A DNA stretch of 63,923 nucleotides, counting the filler. It is 4 parts of 4 records of this genome, joined end to end, with 100 filler letters (N's around TTAATTAATTAA, not from the genome) between each part and the next. Parts side by side here need not be neighbours in the genome. Positions count along the whole stretch, not along the records: positions 34,329 to 57,666 come from SRR20825006_1343; positions 57,767 to 63,923 come from SRR20825006_1354; 2 more parts are not named here. One strand, 5' to 3'. The position numbers were made by a program, and so were the translations under genes. Below the pieces are notes generated by a model. That model saw only the letters and a list, made by a program, of their open reading frames with translations. It searched no databases and was not told the DNA's origin. Positions 51,831 through 61,368 of this stretch are shown here, one piece after another. Position 1 is the stretch's first letter; each line of letters opens with the position of its first letter.

Positions 51831-53278
51831 AGATATCTGCTCCGGTCTCTCGGCATATTCCTCTTACCGTACGGGTACCCGCACTTGTGGCAGGTTTGAT
51901 GATCATCGTCAGCGCGGTGGTAACGCAGCAGGTGCTGTCGCGGCTGGCCTATACCCAGCGGTCCAATCTCGAAGCCTTGGCCGGAGCATATCTGGATGGC
52001 CTATCAACGGCCGTCACCGTCCCGGTTCTTCGCGACGACATATGGGAAGTGTTCGATCAGCTCGACCGGGCGCGTGATAAATACAGCGGCGTTCGCCCGG
52101 TCATTACCGTCGTGACCACGATCGACGATCACGTTGTCGCGGCGTCCGAGCCAAAGCGCTTTCCCACGCAAGCGCCGTTCCCGCCCCATCTGCTGACGCT
52201 AATGCCCAAGGGCAATGGCGTGACCGTCGACAATGCCCGCGAACGCGCGTTCGTTTCCCGGCTGCTTGACTATCAGGGGAAGACGATCGGGCGCATCTAT
52301 GCCGAGCTCGACATTGCCCATCTGCTGGTCGAACGGCGCGAGGTCTTCATCACGCTGGCATCGACCAACGCCCTGCTCACACTTTTCCTTGCCGGACTGG
52401 GATATCTGGCGATCCGGGGGATGGTCCGGCCGATCGAAGTCCTGACGGAGCGCTTCGGACAAGGATCCGCCGGCACGATGATTCCGATCCCCCTTCAACT
52501 CATCGGGAGTCCTCCCGGAGCCTTTGACCGGCTTTACAGCAAATACAATGAGATGGTGAGGGCCCTGAACGAGCGTGAAGCCCTCTCTCAGCGTCTGGCC
52601 GAAGAAGAGAAATTGGCCAGCCTCGGCCGGCTCGCATCGGGTCTTGCGCACGAAATCAACAATCCGTTGGGGGGCCTGCTTAACACGGTGGATACCCTGG
52701 ATCGTCACGGGGGCGACCCGGACGTGCGCAAAAACGGGATCGATCTGCTCAAGCGTGGCCTCAAGGGGATGAGAGATGTCGTTCGCTCCTCCCTCGTCAC
52801 CTACAAGTCACAGGACGATCAGTCGCCGCTCGCGCCACAGGATATCGATGACCTCAGACATCTGATCGGCCATGAAGTGCGGAGGCGGTCACTCAATCTC
52901 GACTGGAGGAACACGCTACATGGCCCTGTCGGTGTGTCAGCAGGTCTTGTGCGGCAGGCCCTTCTCAACCTGCTCCTGAATGCATGTGCCGCCAGTCCCG
53001 TCGGTGGCCAACTGCGTCTCAAGGTCAGCCATCAAAACTCCGAGTTGACGATTGAAATCGATGATCAGGGCTCGGGGATAGGCCCGGAATTCGAAGCAAT
53101 ACTGGAGGCCACCGCTCCCCCGGTGGCGCCGCATGGCACTGGATTGGGATTGTGGGTTGTTCGACGCCTGATCGACAACCTTGGTGGACATGCTGAAGTG
53201 GACAGTGACGATACAGGAACCCGGATCAGGCTTCGGCTCCCCACAACAGGGATTGAAGAGGCCAAAAATGTCGCATGA
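51827..53278 (+). CDS. aioS: Sensor histidine kinase AioS
   Basis: 2 TM segments, HAMP, LAHEINNPL, NLLLNA, GTGLGL; ATGA overlap with aioX. Confidence 0.88.
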   Translation: MKISAPVSRHIPLTVRVPALVAGLMIIVSAVVTQQVLSRLAYTQRSNLEALAGAYLDGLSTAVTVPVLRDDIWEVFDQLDRARDKYSGVRPVITVVTTIDDHVVAASEPKRFPTQAPFPPHLLTLMPKGNGVTVDNARERAFVSRLLDYQGKTIGRIYAELDIAHLLVERREVFITLASTNALLTLFLAGLGYLAIRGMVRPIEVLTERFGQGSAGTMIPIPLQLIGSPPGAFDRLYSKYNEMVRALNEREALSQRLAEEEKLASLGRLASGLAHEINNPLGGLLNTVDTLDRHGGDPDVRKNGIDLLKRGLKGMRDVVRSSLVTYKSQDDQSPLAPQDIDDLRHLIGHEVRRRSLNLDWRNTLHGPVGVSAGLVRQALLNLLLNACAASPVGGQLRLKVSHQNSELTIEIDDQGSGIGPEFEAILEATAPPVAPHGTGLGLWVVRRLIDNLGGHAEVDSDDTGTRIRLRLPTTGIEEAKNVA

Positions 53279-54590
53279 GGCACGAAAGATCGAGTTGATC
53301 GAGGATGATCCCGTAATGGGAGAATCTCTCGTTCAACGCCTCCGGTTGGAAGGATTTGACGTTTCCTGGACGCAGACGGGAAAGCAGGCGATTGAGCGCC
53401 TCGAACAGAGCACGGCCGATGCAGTCATCTGCGACATGCAGCTGCCGGACATGAGTGGAGAGGACGTATTCCGCTCTTCATGCGGGGTAACCCCCGCACC
53501 GTTTCTGTTCATCACCGCCTTTGGCGAGATCGATCAGGCCGTGCGGCTCATGCGCATGGGTGCCGTGGATTACGTGACCAAGCCATTCGAGCTGCCGGAA
53601 TTTCTGGAACGCTTGCGTAGTCTGGTGCAACCGGCTCTCTCCGGTGATGTGCCATCTGGAACACTCGGGCCTTCGCAGAGCACCCGGAAGCTCGAAGGAC
53701 TGTTGCAGAGGATCGGTCCACTCTCCAGCTCCGTCCTTCTGACCGGCGAAACCGGTTCCGGCAAAGAGGTTTGCGCTCGCTTTCTGCACACGGCCTCTCA
53801 GCGCGCGGACCGCCCGTTCATGGCCGTGAACTGCTCCGCCATTCCAACGGAGCTCATGGAAAGTGAGTTGTTCGGACACGAGCGCGGCGCCTTCACCTCA
53901 GCCAATGCCAGACATCTTGGCGTTGCCGAACGCGCGCGCGATGGGGTTTTGTTCCTTGATGAGATCGGCGCCATGCCGGTCACTCTGCAGGCAAAACTGC
54001 TGCGTCTGATCGAAGACCGGCACTTCTATCGTCTCGGTGGCGAGAAGCCGGTCAAGTTCGAAGCACGCCTGATTTGCGCGACCAATGAAGACCTTGAGCG
54101 GGCCATAAGCGAAGGCCGTTTCCGCGAGGATTTGTTCTATCGCATCAACGTCGTGCCGGTACGTGTCCCGCCGCTGCGCGAGCGCCCGGATGACATCGCG
54201 TGGCTGCTCGAACGGTTTGTCGCCGAATTCTCCGCCCTGCACGGCCGCGAGCATCTCGGGTTCAGCTCCCTCGCAGAGGAAGCGGCCCTGGTCCATGACT
54301 GGCCCGGCAATGTCCGTGAGTTGCGCAACCGCGTTGAACGGGCGGTTGCCTTATGCCTCGGCGACCGCGTGGGTCCAGCCGATCTCTTCCCCGAGGAAAT
54401 GACGACGGACACTCCGGCGGACGGCTTTGCGCCACTTGCGGCAGTACGTGAGGCTGCGGAACGGCGCCAGATCGCGCGCGCTCTGGGAGAAACCGGTGGT
54501 CAGGTCGGGCAAGCTGCCGCGTTGCTCGGTGTCTCCCGCACCACACTTTGGGAAAAGATGCATCGCTACGGTTTTTCCGAACAACAATAG
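53268..54590 (+). CDS. aioR: Sigma54-dependent response regulator AioR
   Basis: Receiver domain, GETGSGKE, ESELFGHERGAFTSA, Fis-type HTH. Confidence 0.9.
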   Translation: MSHEARKIELIEDDPVMGESLVQRLRLEGFDVSWTQTGKQAIERLEQSTADAVICDMQLPDMSGEDVFRSSCGVTPAPFLFITAFGEIDQAVRLMRMGAVDYVTKPFELPEFLERLRSLVQPALSGDVPSGTLGPSQSTRKLEGLLQRIGPLSSSVLLTGETGSGKEVCARFLHTASQRADRPFMAVNCSAIPTELMESELFGHERGAFTSANARHLGVAERARDGVLFLDEIGAMPVTLQAKLLRLIEDRHFYRLGGEKPVKFEARLICATNEDLERAISEGRFREDLFYRINVVPVRVPPLRERPDDIAWLLERFVAEFSALHGREHLGFSSLAEEAALVHDWPGNVRELRNRVERAVALCLGDRVGPADLFPEEMTTDTPADGFAPLAAVREAAERRQIARALGETGGQVGQAAALLGVSRTTLWEKMHRYGFSEQQ

Positions 54591-54593
54591 GAC

Positions 54594-54640
54594 GTTCGGA
54601 TTTTCGAACATCTGTCATTAAACCGTTCGAAAACCCAAAC
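54594..54640 (+). promoter_or_regulatory. Two putative AioR enhancer sites
   Basis: GTTCG-N6-CGAAC (54594-54609) and GTTCG-N6-CAAAC (54625-54640). Confidence 0.65.
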
Positions 54641-54704
54641 ACTCGCGGCATCCTGCGGCCCATCAACAATTTGATATATAATAATATTTTACCCCTCTCC
54701 GAAC

Positions 54705-54720
54705 TGGCAGGCCCTTTGCT
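54705..54720 (+). promoter_or_regulatory. Sigma54 -24/-12 promoter of aioBA
   Basis: TGGCAGGCCCTTTGCT (GG-N10-GC); IHF-like CATCAACAATTTG at 54661-54673. Confidence 0.85.
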
Positions 54721-54755
54721 TAGTTCTGGGCATAAAGCCCAAAGGGAGGGATCAA

Positions 54756-55277
54756 ATGAAACGTTGCGACAAACTGGTCGATGTTGGCAGACGGCAATTC
54801 CTGCGCGGTGGCGCGATGGCAACCGTCGGTGCCGCTGCATCCACTGTAATGACCACGCCGGCAAAGGCCGCACCGGGAATGGCCCGGGTTGAGTACCCAT
54901 CCAACAGACTGGCCAACATCTCTGAGCTGACATTGAACGAACCGCTCGATGTCGCCTACCCGGATGACGAGGCAACAGGTGTTCTCATCAAGCTCGGCCA
55001 ACCGGTCGAAGGCGGTGTCGGACCGGATGGCGACATCGTCGGCTTCTCCACCACCTGCCCTCACAAAGGGTATCCGCTCAGCTACCGCGGCGATGACCGC
55101 ACCCTGAACTGCCCCGGCCACTATTCGCGCTTCGACGTCGAGCGTGGCGGCCAGCAGATCTGGGGACAGGCTACCCAGAACCTTCCGCAATACGCGCTGA
55201 GGATCGAGGAGAACGGCGACATCTATGCCGAAGGTGTCGACGAGTTGCTCTACGGCCGCCTGTCCAACGTGATCTGA
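54756..55277 (+). CDS. aioB: Arsenite oxidase small (Rieske) subunit
   Basis: Tat signal GRRQFL, CPHKG and CPGH, GQATQNLPQ. Confidence 0.96.
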   Translation: MKRCDKLVDVGRRQFLRGGAMATVGAAASTVMTTPAKAAPGMARVEYPSNRLANISELTLNEPLDVAYPDDEATGVLIKLGQPVEGGVGPDGDIVGFSTTCPHKGYPLSYRGDDRTLNCPGHYSRFDVERGGQQIWGQATQNLPQYALRIEENGDIYAEGVDELLYGRLSNVI

Positions 55278-55290
55278 GGGAGGATCGACC

Positions 55291-57666
55291 ATGGCTTATA
55301 AACGACAGATAGACCGCCTGCCGATCGTCCCGGCAGATGCCAAGGAACACAACGTCACCTGCCACTACTGCATCGTCGGGTGCGGCTACAAAGCCTATAC
55401 GTGGGACGCCAACAAGCAGGGCGGAACGGCCCCGGACCAGAACAAGTTCGGCGTGAACCTGGCCGAGCAGCAATATGCCGACACGGACGCCTGGTATGCG
55501 CCGTCAATGTACAACATTGTCCGCCAGGGTGGTCGCGATGTGCACATCGTCATCAAGCCGGATACCGACTGTGTCGTAAATTCCGGCCTCGGCTCCGTGC
55601 GCGGCGCGCGCATTGCCGAGATGAGCCATTCACTGGCCCGGTCGACGCAGCTTCAGCGCCTCACCGATCCGCTCGTCTGGCGTTATGGCCAGATGCAGCC
55701 CACGAGCTGGGATGATGCGCTTGATCTGGTTGCACGGGTCACGACCCGGGTGATCGAGGAGCAAGGCGAGGACGGCCTGTTTGTCTCTGCCTTCGATCAT
55801 GGCGGCGCCGGTGGCGGCTACGAGAACACCTGGGGTACCGGGAAGCTCTATTTCGGCGCCATGAAGGTGAAGAACATCCGGATCCACAATCGCCCGGCCT
55901 ATAATTCCGAGGTGCATGCCACCCGCGACATGGGCGTCGGCGAGTTGAACAATTGCTATGAGGATGCCGCACTTGCGGACACGATCGTCGCCGTTGGCAC
56001 CAACGCACTCGAGACCCAGACAAACTACTTTCTGAACCACTGGGTGCCGAACCTTCGGGGCACATCGCTGTCCGACAAGGAAGAGCAGCTTTCAGGTGAG
56101 CCTCATGCCCCGGCCCGGATCGTGATTGTCGACCCGCGCCGAACCGTGACGGTGAATGCCTGCGAGATGGAAGCCGGCAAGGACAATGTTCTGCACCTGG
56201 CCATCGAGTCCGGGACAGACCTGACCCTGTTCAATGCCTGGCTGACCCATATCGCCGATCAGGGCTGGCTCGACGACGCCTTCATCGACGCCTCCACCTC
56301 TGGTCTCAAGGAAGCGCTGGAGGCCAATCGCACCTCGCTCGAAGAGGCCGCCAAGATCACCGGACTGTCCGTCGACGACATCCGGAAATCAGCAGAATGG
56401 ATCGCCCAGCCGAAGGACGGCAAGCGACGGCGGGCGATGTTCGCCTATGAAAAGGGCCTGATCTGGGGCAACGACAATTACCGCACCAACGCGGCACTTG
56501 TGAACGTGGCGCTGGCAACCGGCAATGTCGGGCGTCCCGGCGGCGGCTGTGTCCGCATGGGCGGTCATCAGGAAGGCTATGCCCGCCCGGCCGACGGCCA
56601 TGTTGGACGTCCCGCAGCTTATGTCGATGAGCTCCTGATCTCCGGACAGGGCGGCGTCCACCACATCTGGGGTTGCGACCATTACAAGACCACCTTGAAC
56701 GCTCTGGAGTTCAAGCGGGTCTACAAACGCCGTACAGATATGGTGAAGGATGCCATGAACGCGGTTCCCTACGGCGACCGGGATGCGATGGTCGAGGCAA
56801 TCGTGGGAGCGATCCAGCAGGGCGGATTGTTCGCGGTCAATGTCGATATCGTCCCGACCAAGATCGGCGAGGCCTGCCACGTTGTTCTGCCGGCGGCGAC
56901 GTCAGGGGAAATGAACCTGACCTCGATGAACGGTGAACGCCGCATGCGCCTGACCGAGCGTTACATGGACCCTCCTGGTCAGGCGATGCCCGACTGCCTG
57001 ATCGCCGCCCGTCTGGCCAACAACATGGAACGGGTTCTGCGGGCTTCGGGCAACGCGGAATATGCGGACCAGTTCAAGGGCTTCGACTGGAAGACAGAGG
57101 AAGACGCCTTTATGGACGGGTATCACGCCACCGCCGGCGGCGGGGAGTTCGTCACCTATGACCGGTTGCGAGCCATGGGCACCAACGGTTTCCAGGAGCC
57201 GGCGACCGGGTTCGAAGGAGGCAAAATCGCCGGAACCAAGCGTCTTTACACAGACGGAAAGTTCGGCACATCCGATGGCAAGGCCAAGTTCATGGCCACG
57301 CAATGGCGCGGTTTGCAGGCACCGGGCAAGGACGAGCAGAAAGCCGCCCACCGCTTCCTGATCAATAATGGCCGAGCCAACCAAGTCTGGCAGTCGGCCT
57401 ATCTCGATGTCGAGAACGAGTTCGTGATGGACCGGTGGCCTTATCCGTTCATCGAGATGAATCCCGAGGACATGGCGGAGATAGGTGTGGCCGAAGGCGA
57501 TCTGGTCGAGGTGTATAACGACGCCGGCTCGACACAGGCGATGGCCTGTCCGACTGAAACGGCGAAACGGGGACAGACCTTCATGCTGTTCGGGTATCCA
57601 TCGGGGGTTCAGGGCAACGTCGTCAATGCCGGGACGAACGAGCTGATCATCCCGAACTACAAGCAG
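55291..57666 (+). CDS. aioA: Arsenite oxidase large molybdopterin subunit, 3'-truncated by contig end
   Basis: CHYCIVGCGY 3Fe-4S motif, FDHGGAGGG, HNRPAYNSE, EKGLIWGN. Confidence 0.97.
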
Positions 57667-57766
57667 NNNNNNNNNNNNNNNNNNNNNNNNNNNNNNNNNN
57701 NNNNNNNNNNTTAATTAATTAANNNNNNNNNNNNNNNNNNNNNNNNNNNNNNNNNNNNNNNNNNNN
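57667..57766. other. Artificial contig linker
   Basis: N44-TTAATTAATTAA-N44. Confidence 0.98.
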
Positions 57767-57838
57767 GGCACCAGCCAGATCCAGCAGATCATCATCGCAC
57801 GCGAATTGGCCAAGGCGGCCAAAGCCGGGAGACTTTAA
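57767..57838 (+). CDS. C-terminal fragment of an acyl-CoA dehydrogenase
   Basis: Manual translation GTSQIQQIIIARELAKAAKAGRL*. Confidence 0.7.
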   Translation, partial: GTSQIQQIIIARELAKAAKAGRL

Positions 57839-57841
57839 GCC

Positions 57842-59077
57842 ATGTTCGAACACGATTTGACCGACCCGCATGATGTGGGCCTGAATGCCGAACGGCTTGC
57901 AGCCATTCCGCAATATTTCCAGCAGAACTATATCGACCGAGGCAAATTACCATGCGTGGCGACATTGGTGTCACGCGGGGGCGAGGTGGCGCTGGAGGAT
58001 TATTCCGGCACCACGCATATTGGCGAAGGCGAACCGATCGGTCCGCATACGATCTTCCGAATCTATTCCATGACCAAGCCAGTCACGTCGCTGGCGGCGA
58101 TGATGCTGTTTGAGGAGGGCAAGTTGCGCCTGGACCATGAAGTGTCGCGCTTCATTCCCGAGTTCGCGGACGTCCAGGTTTTCGACGGAGGCAATCGCGA
58201 GGATTATACGACCCGCGCACCTGACCGCCCGATGACAATCCTGGACTTGTTCACGCATACATCGGGAATCACGTACGGCTTCCTGATGCAGGACGAACCT
58301 GACGCGATCTATCGCAAGCACAAGATCGGTGCGCCGACCGAAACCTTGCTGGAAATGAGCCAGCGGATCGCGAAACTGCCGCTCTCCTTCTCGCCTGGTA
58401 CACAATGGGGATATGGGCATTCCATTGACGTGCTCGGCGCGATTGTCGAAATCGTTGCGGGGCAACCTCTCGATGAGTTCTTCCGGGAACGTATTTTTGG
58501 TCCACTTGGCATGGATGATACCGACTTCTGGGTGCCGGAGAGCAAGATTGACCGGTTGATGGCATGCTACAACAAGCATCCGTTGACTGGCGAGATATCG
58601 ATGTCCGATGCCGCTGGCAAGGAATCGAAGCTCTATAGCAAGCGTCCGAAACTACTGAATGCTGGCGGCGGTCTGGCCTCTACCGTGCGGGATTATCACC
58701 GTTTCTGCCTGATGCTGATGCGTGGCGGTACGCTGGACGGCGCCCGCATCATCAGCCCGAAGACGTGGGAGTTCATGCGCCAAAATCATCTTCCGGATGG
58801 CAAGACGATCAAGGAGATGGGAGACAAGACGTTCTCCGAAGCGCGGATGGAAGGCAATGGTTTCGGGCTCGGGGGCTCTGTGCTGACTGATCCGGTTGCC
58901 TCGATGCAGCCTTCCAGTCTGGGCAATTTCAGCTGGGGTGGCCTTGCGTCCACCTTCTTCTGGATTGATCCCGAAGAAGAAATGGTCGTCATCCAGGCGA
59001 CACAGATGATCCCTTCAGGCACCTATCCGATCAGGCCACAATTGCAGCAACTCGTTTATGCGGCGGTGGACTGGTGA
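57842..59077 (+). CDS. Serine hydrolase (beta-lactamase-related esterase)
   Basis: IFRIYSMTKP (SxxK), LFTHTSG, PGTQWGYG, WGGLAST. Confidence 0.9.
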   Translation: MFEHDLTDPHDVGLNAERLAAIPQYFQQNYIDRGKLPCVATLVSRGGEVALEDYSGTTHIGEGEPIGPHTIFRIYSMTKPVTSLAAMMLFEEGKLRLDHEVSRFIPEFADVQVFDGGNREDYTTRAPDRPMTILDLFTHTSGITYGFLMQDEPDAIYRKHKIGAPTETLLEMSQRIAKLPLSFSPGTQWGYGHSIDVLGAIVEIVAGQPLDEFFRERIFGPLGMDDTDFWVPESKIDRLMACYNKHPLTGEISMSDAAGKESKLYSKRPKLLNAGGGLASTVRDYHRFCLMLMRGGTLDGARIISPKTWEFMRQNHLPDGKTIKEMGDKTFSEARMEGNGFGLGGSVLTDPVASMQPSSLGNFSWGGLASTFFWIDPEEEMVVIQATQMIPSGTYPIRPQLQQLVYAAVDW

Positions 59078-59331
59078 GCGAGGAGAAAGCGAACCCGGTC
59101 AAGCAGGCTATCCTGGACCTGACCGCAGAAGCTGGTCCAGGCAAGACGATCAGTGCTGAACAGGCGGCGCGCGCCGTGAGTGATGCGAATTTTCAACGTG
59201 TGCTGAAGGATGTGCGGGCAGAAGCCGTGCGCCTGCACAAGGCGGGCACAGTCTTGATCTATCGGAAAGGCAAACCTGTCGAGGATCCGGATGTGTTCAA
59301 GGGCGTCTATCGGCTGGGCCTTCCAGCCTGA
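59074..59331 (+). CDS. DUF3253-like small protein
   Basis: GKTISAEQAARA...IYRKGKPV...KGVYRL. Confidence 0.7.
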   Translation: MSEEKANPVKQAILDLTAEAGPGKTISAEQAARAVSDANFQRVLKDVRAEAVRLHKAGTVLIYRKGKPVEDPDVFKGVYRLGLPA

Positions 59332-59336
59332 CGGAG

Positions 59337-59837
59337 CTAGTTTCCATAGCGGCGGATTTCTGTCTGGAATCCGCGGCCCTTGGAAGTCAGTACATAAAGG
59401 CGGTCATACTCAGTGGCCTCGACAATCGGCGCGCCGGGTTTGCCGCCGAGTGCTTTGACGAGTTCGGGCGTGGTGTTGGAATGACCCACGACGAGGATGT
59501 TTCCGGGCGTCGAGCGGAGCATGTTCGCAAAGGTCTCCAGATTGCCGGCGTCATAGGGCAGCACGGTGAGGCCAGTGGCCTTGGCAATTGGAAGAGCTGT
59601 CTGTCGCGTGCGCCGGGTATCGGTTGAGTAGATCGCTGTAAGGCCGGCCTGCTTCAATTCGTTTGCGAGAATATCAGCCCTGGCCCGACCGACAACCGTC
59701 AGGTCCGGATCGTCTCCGGCGGCTTTCTCTGCGTGGCGGACCAGATAGATATGGCGGGCATCTGGCGCAGGCGACGAGGCGCACGCCGCCAATGGGATCG
59801 ACGCCAAAAGCCCGAGTGCAAGTCTCCGTGTCAGCAT
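59337..59837 (-). CDS. Exported histidine phosphatase (phosphoglycerate mutase family) lipoprotein
   Basis: TRR/LAAC signal, LVRHAEK, VVGHSNT. Confidence 0.85.
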   Translation of the reverse strand: MLTRRLALGLLASIPLAACASSPAPDARHIYLVRHAEKAAGDDPDLTVVGRARADILANELKQAGLTAIYSTDTRRTRQTALPIAKATGLTVLPYDAGNLETFANMLRSTPGNILVVGHSNTTPELVKALGGKPGAPIVEATEYDRLYVLTSKGRGFQTEIRRYGN

Positions 59838-60331
59838 CAGGCTGCCACCGGTTTGCTGATCGGGCGCTCAAGGGAAAACGCAGATTCTGTCGGACCGTTC
59901 TGCCTCAGGGATTGCAGCCTCTCCCAGCCATCCTGCATCGAGAAGCGCTCACCCCGCGGGGCCCACCAGAGTACGAAGCTGGCCCCGTCACTGCGGTCCA
60001 GACTGTCGGACAGACGGCGCATCCCGGGTGGGTGTGTGCGTCCACTATAAGAGAACTCTTTCAGGGCTTCGATCGATGTCCAGCCAGCCATGGTGCACAC
60101 ATCCGGCGCAGCCATGTCGCGGGGATAAGGAAAGGCATCTTGCATGCCATACCAGTCACCATTTGGGCGCCGGATGCCGTGCGTATGCCAATGCATGCCG
60201 TCAAACGAGTCCGCGTCAGTGAAGATACGGGGCAAAATTGCCATGAATACCCGGACGAATTCATTCTCCATGTTGAACGCGCCTAATGGGCGCGCGCAAT
60301 TGAAGTGAATCAATCGGTATTCCGTCGTCAT
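59837..60331 (-). CDS. DUF3291-like protein
   Basis: WTSIEALKEFSY, FVLWW, L.QNGPTESAF. Confidence 0.7.
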   Translation of the reverse strand: MTTEYRLIHFNCARPLGAFNMENEFVRVFMAILPRIFTDADSFDGMHWHTHGIRRPNGDWYGMQDAFPYPRDMAAPDVCTMAGWTSIEALKEFSYSGRTHPPGMRRLSDSLDRSDGASFVLWWAPRGERFSMQDGWERLQSLRQNGPTESAFSLERPISKPVAA

Positions 60332-60422
60332 TGAAATGTCCCCGTCCAATTTGGACAGGGATATGACAAAGCCGTTTCGCAATTGTTAAGAGAAAACGGA
60401 CGGCAAAAAATAAACCTTCCGG

Positions 60423-61220
60423 CTACTTCCCTTTAAACTCTGCCGGGCGTTTCTTGAGGAATGCGGTAACGCCTTCCTTGAAGTCATCCGTGCGCCCCGC
60501 AGTGCGTTGAGCGATGCGCTCGTCATAGATGGCCTCATCGAAATCGGATTCGCAGGCTTTCCAGATCAGCTCGCGTGCCAGAGACAGGGCGATGGTCGGG
60601 CCGGTTGCCAACTTCTCGGCCATTTCCAAAGCCGTGGGCATCAATTGGTCATCCTCAACGATGCGATTGACCATGCCCCATTCCAACGCTTTTTCCGCAG
60701 GGACCTTATCGCCGAACAGCGCCATTTCCATTGCGCGCACGCGGCCGATCGTGCGGGCCAGAAGCCAGGTCGATCCGCCATCTGGTACGAGGCCTATGCG
60801 GCGGAAGGCTTGAAGGAAATAGGCGCTCTGGGCGCAAACCACGATGTCGCCAACAAGTGCGAGTGAACAGCCGACGCCAGCAGCGGGACCATTCACGGCA
60901 GTAATGACCGGATGCGGATGTTCCTTGATGGCCTGCATCAGCGGATTGTAGTGCGTTGTGAGGGCGCGCCCCGCATCTGGCTTGGAGCCTTCATGGCTGA
61001 GTTGTACGCTGAGACCGCCGGGGCCGAGATTCGCGCCGGAACAGAAGCCACGACCTGAGCCGGTCAGAATAGTGCAACGCGCCTCGTCCGCTGCCACTTC
61101 GAATGCGTGGAGCAATTCCTGCGCTGTATCGACGCCGCAGGCATTCAGCGTGCTTGGATCATCAAAGCTGATGACGGCGATGTCGCCTTTCAGCTCATAG
61201 GAAATTTTTGTGTAGGCCAT
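60423..61220 (-). CDS. Enoyl-CoA hydratase/isomerase
   Basis: FCSGANL, AVNGPAAGVG, IGLVPDGG, EGVTAFLKKR. Confidence 0.92.
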   Translation of the reverse strand: MAYTKISYELKGDIAVISFDDPSTLNACGVDTAQELLHAFEVAADEARCTILTGSGRGFCSGANLGPGGLSVQLSHEGSKPDAGRALTTHYNPLMQAIKEHPHPVITAVNGPAAGVGCSLALVGDIVVCAQSAYFLQAFRRIGLVPDGGSTWLLARTIGRVRAMEMALFGDKVPAEKALEWGMVNRIVEDDQLMPTALEMAEKLATGPTIALSLARELIWKACESDFDEAIYDERIAQRTAGRTDDFKEGVTAFLKKRPAEFKGK

Positions 61221-61368
61221 GTGTTCCGCTCCCGATGGACATTTTTTGCCACCCTATTGTGTCGTCTGGCCCGCGTGAACGCCTGACCCAACGGAAATGT
61301 TTTTTATTTTGTTCAGGGGTCAATGCGCGTTACACTCAGGTGAGGAAACGACCCAAAGGAAGAAATAC

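Noticed and set aside
57842-59077. Beta-lactam resistance gene
   Set aside because: No signal peptide, esterase-type motifs and a lipid-metabolism neighbourhood indicate a cytoplasmic serine hydrolase.
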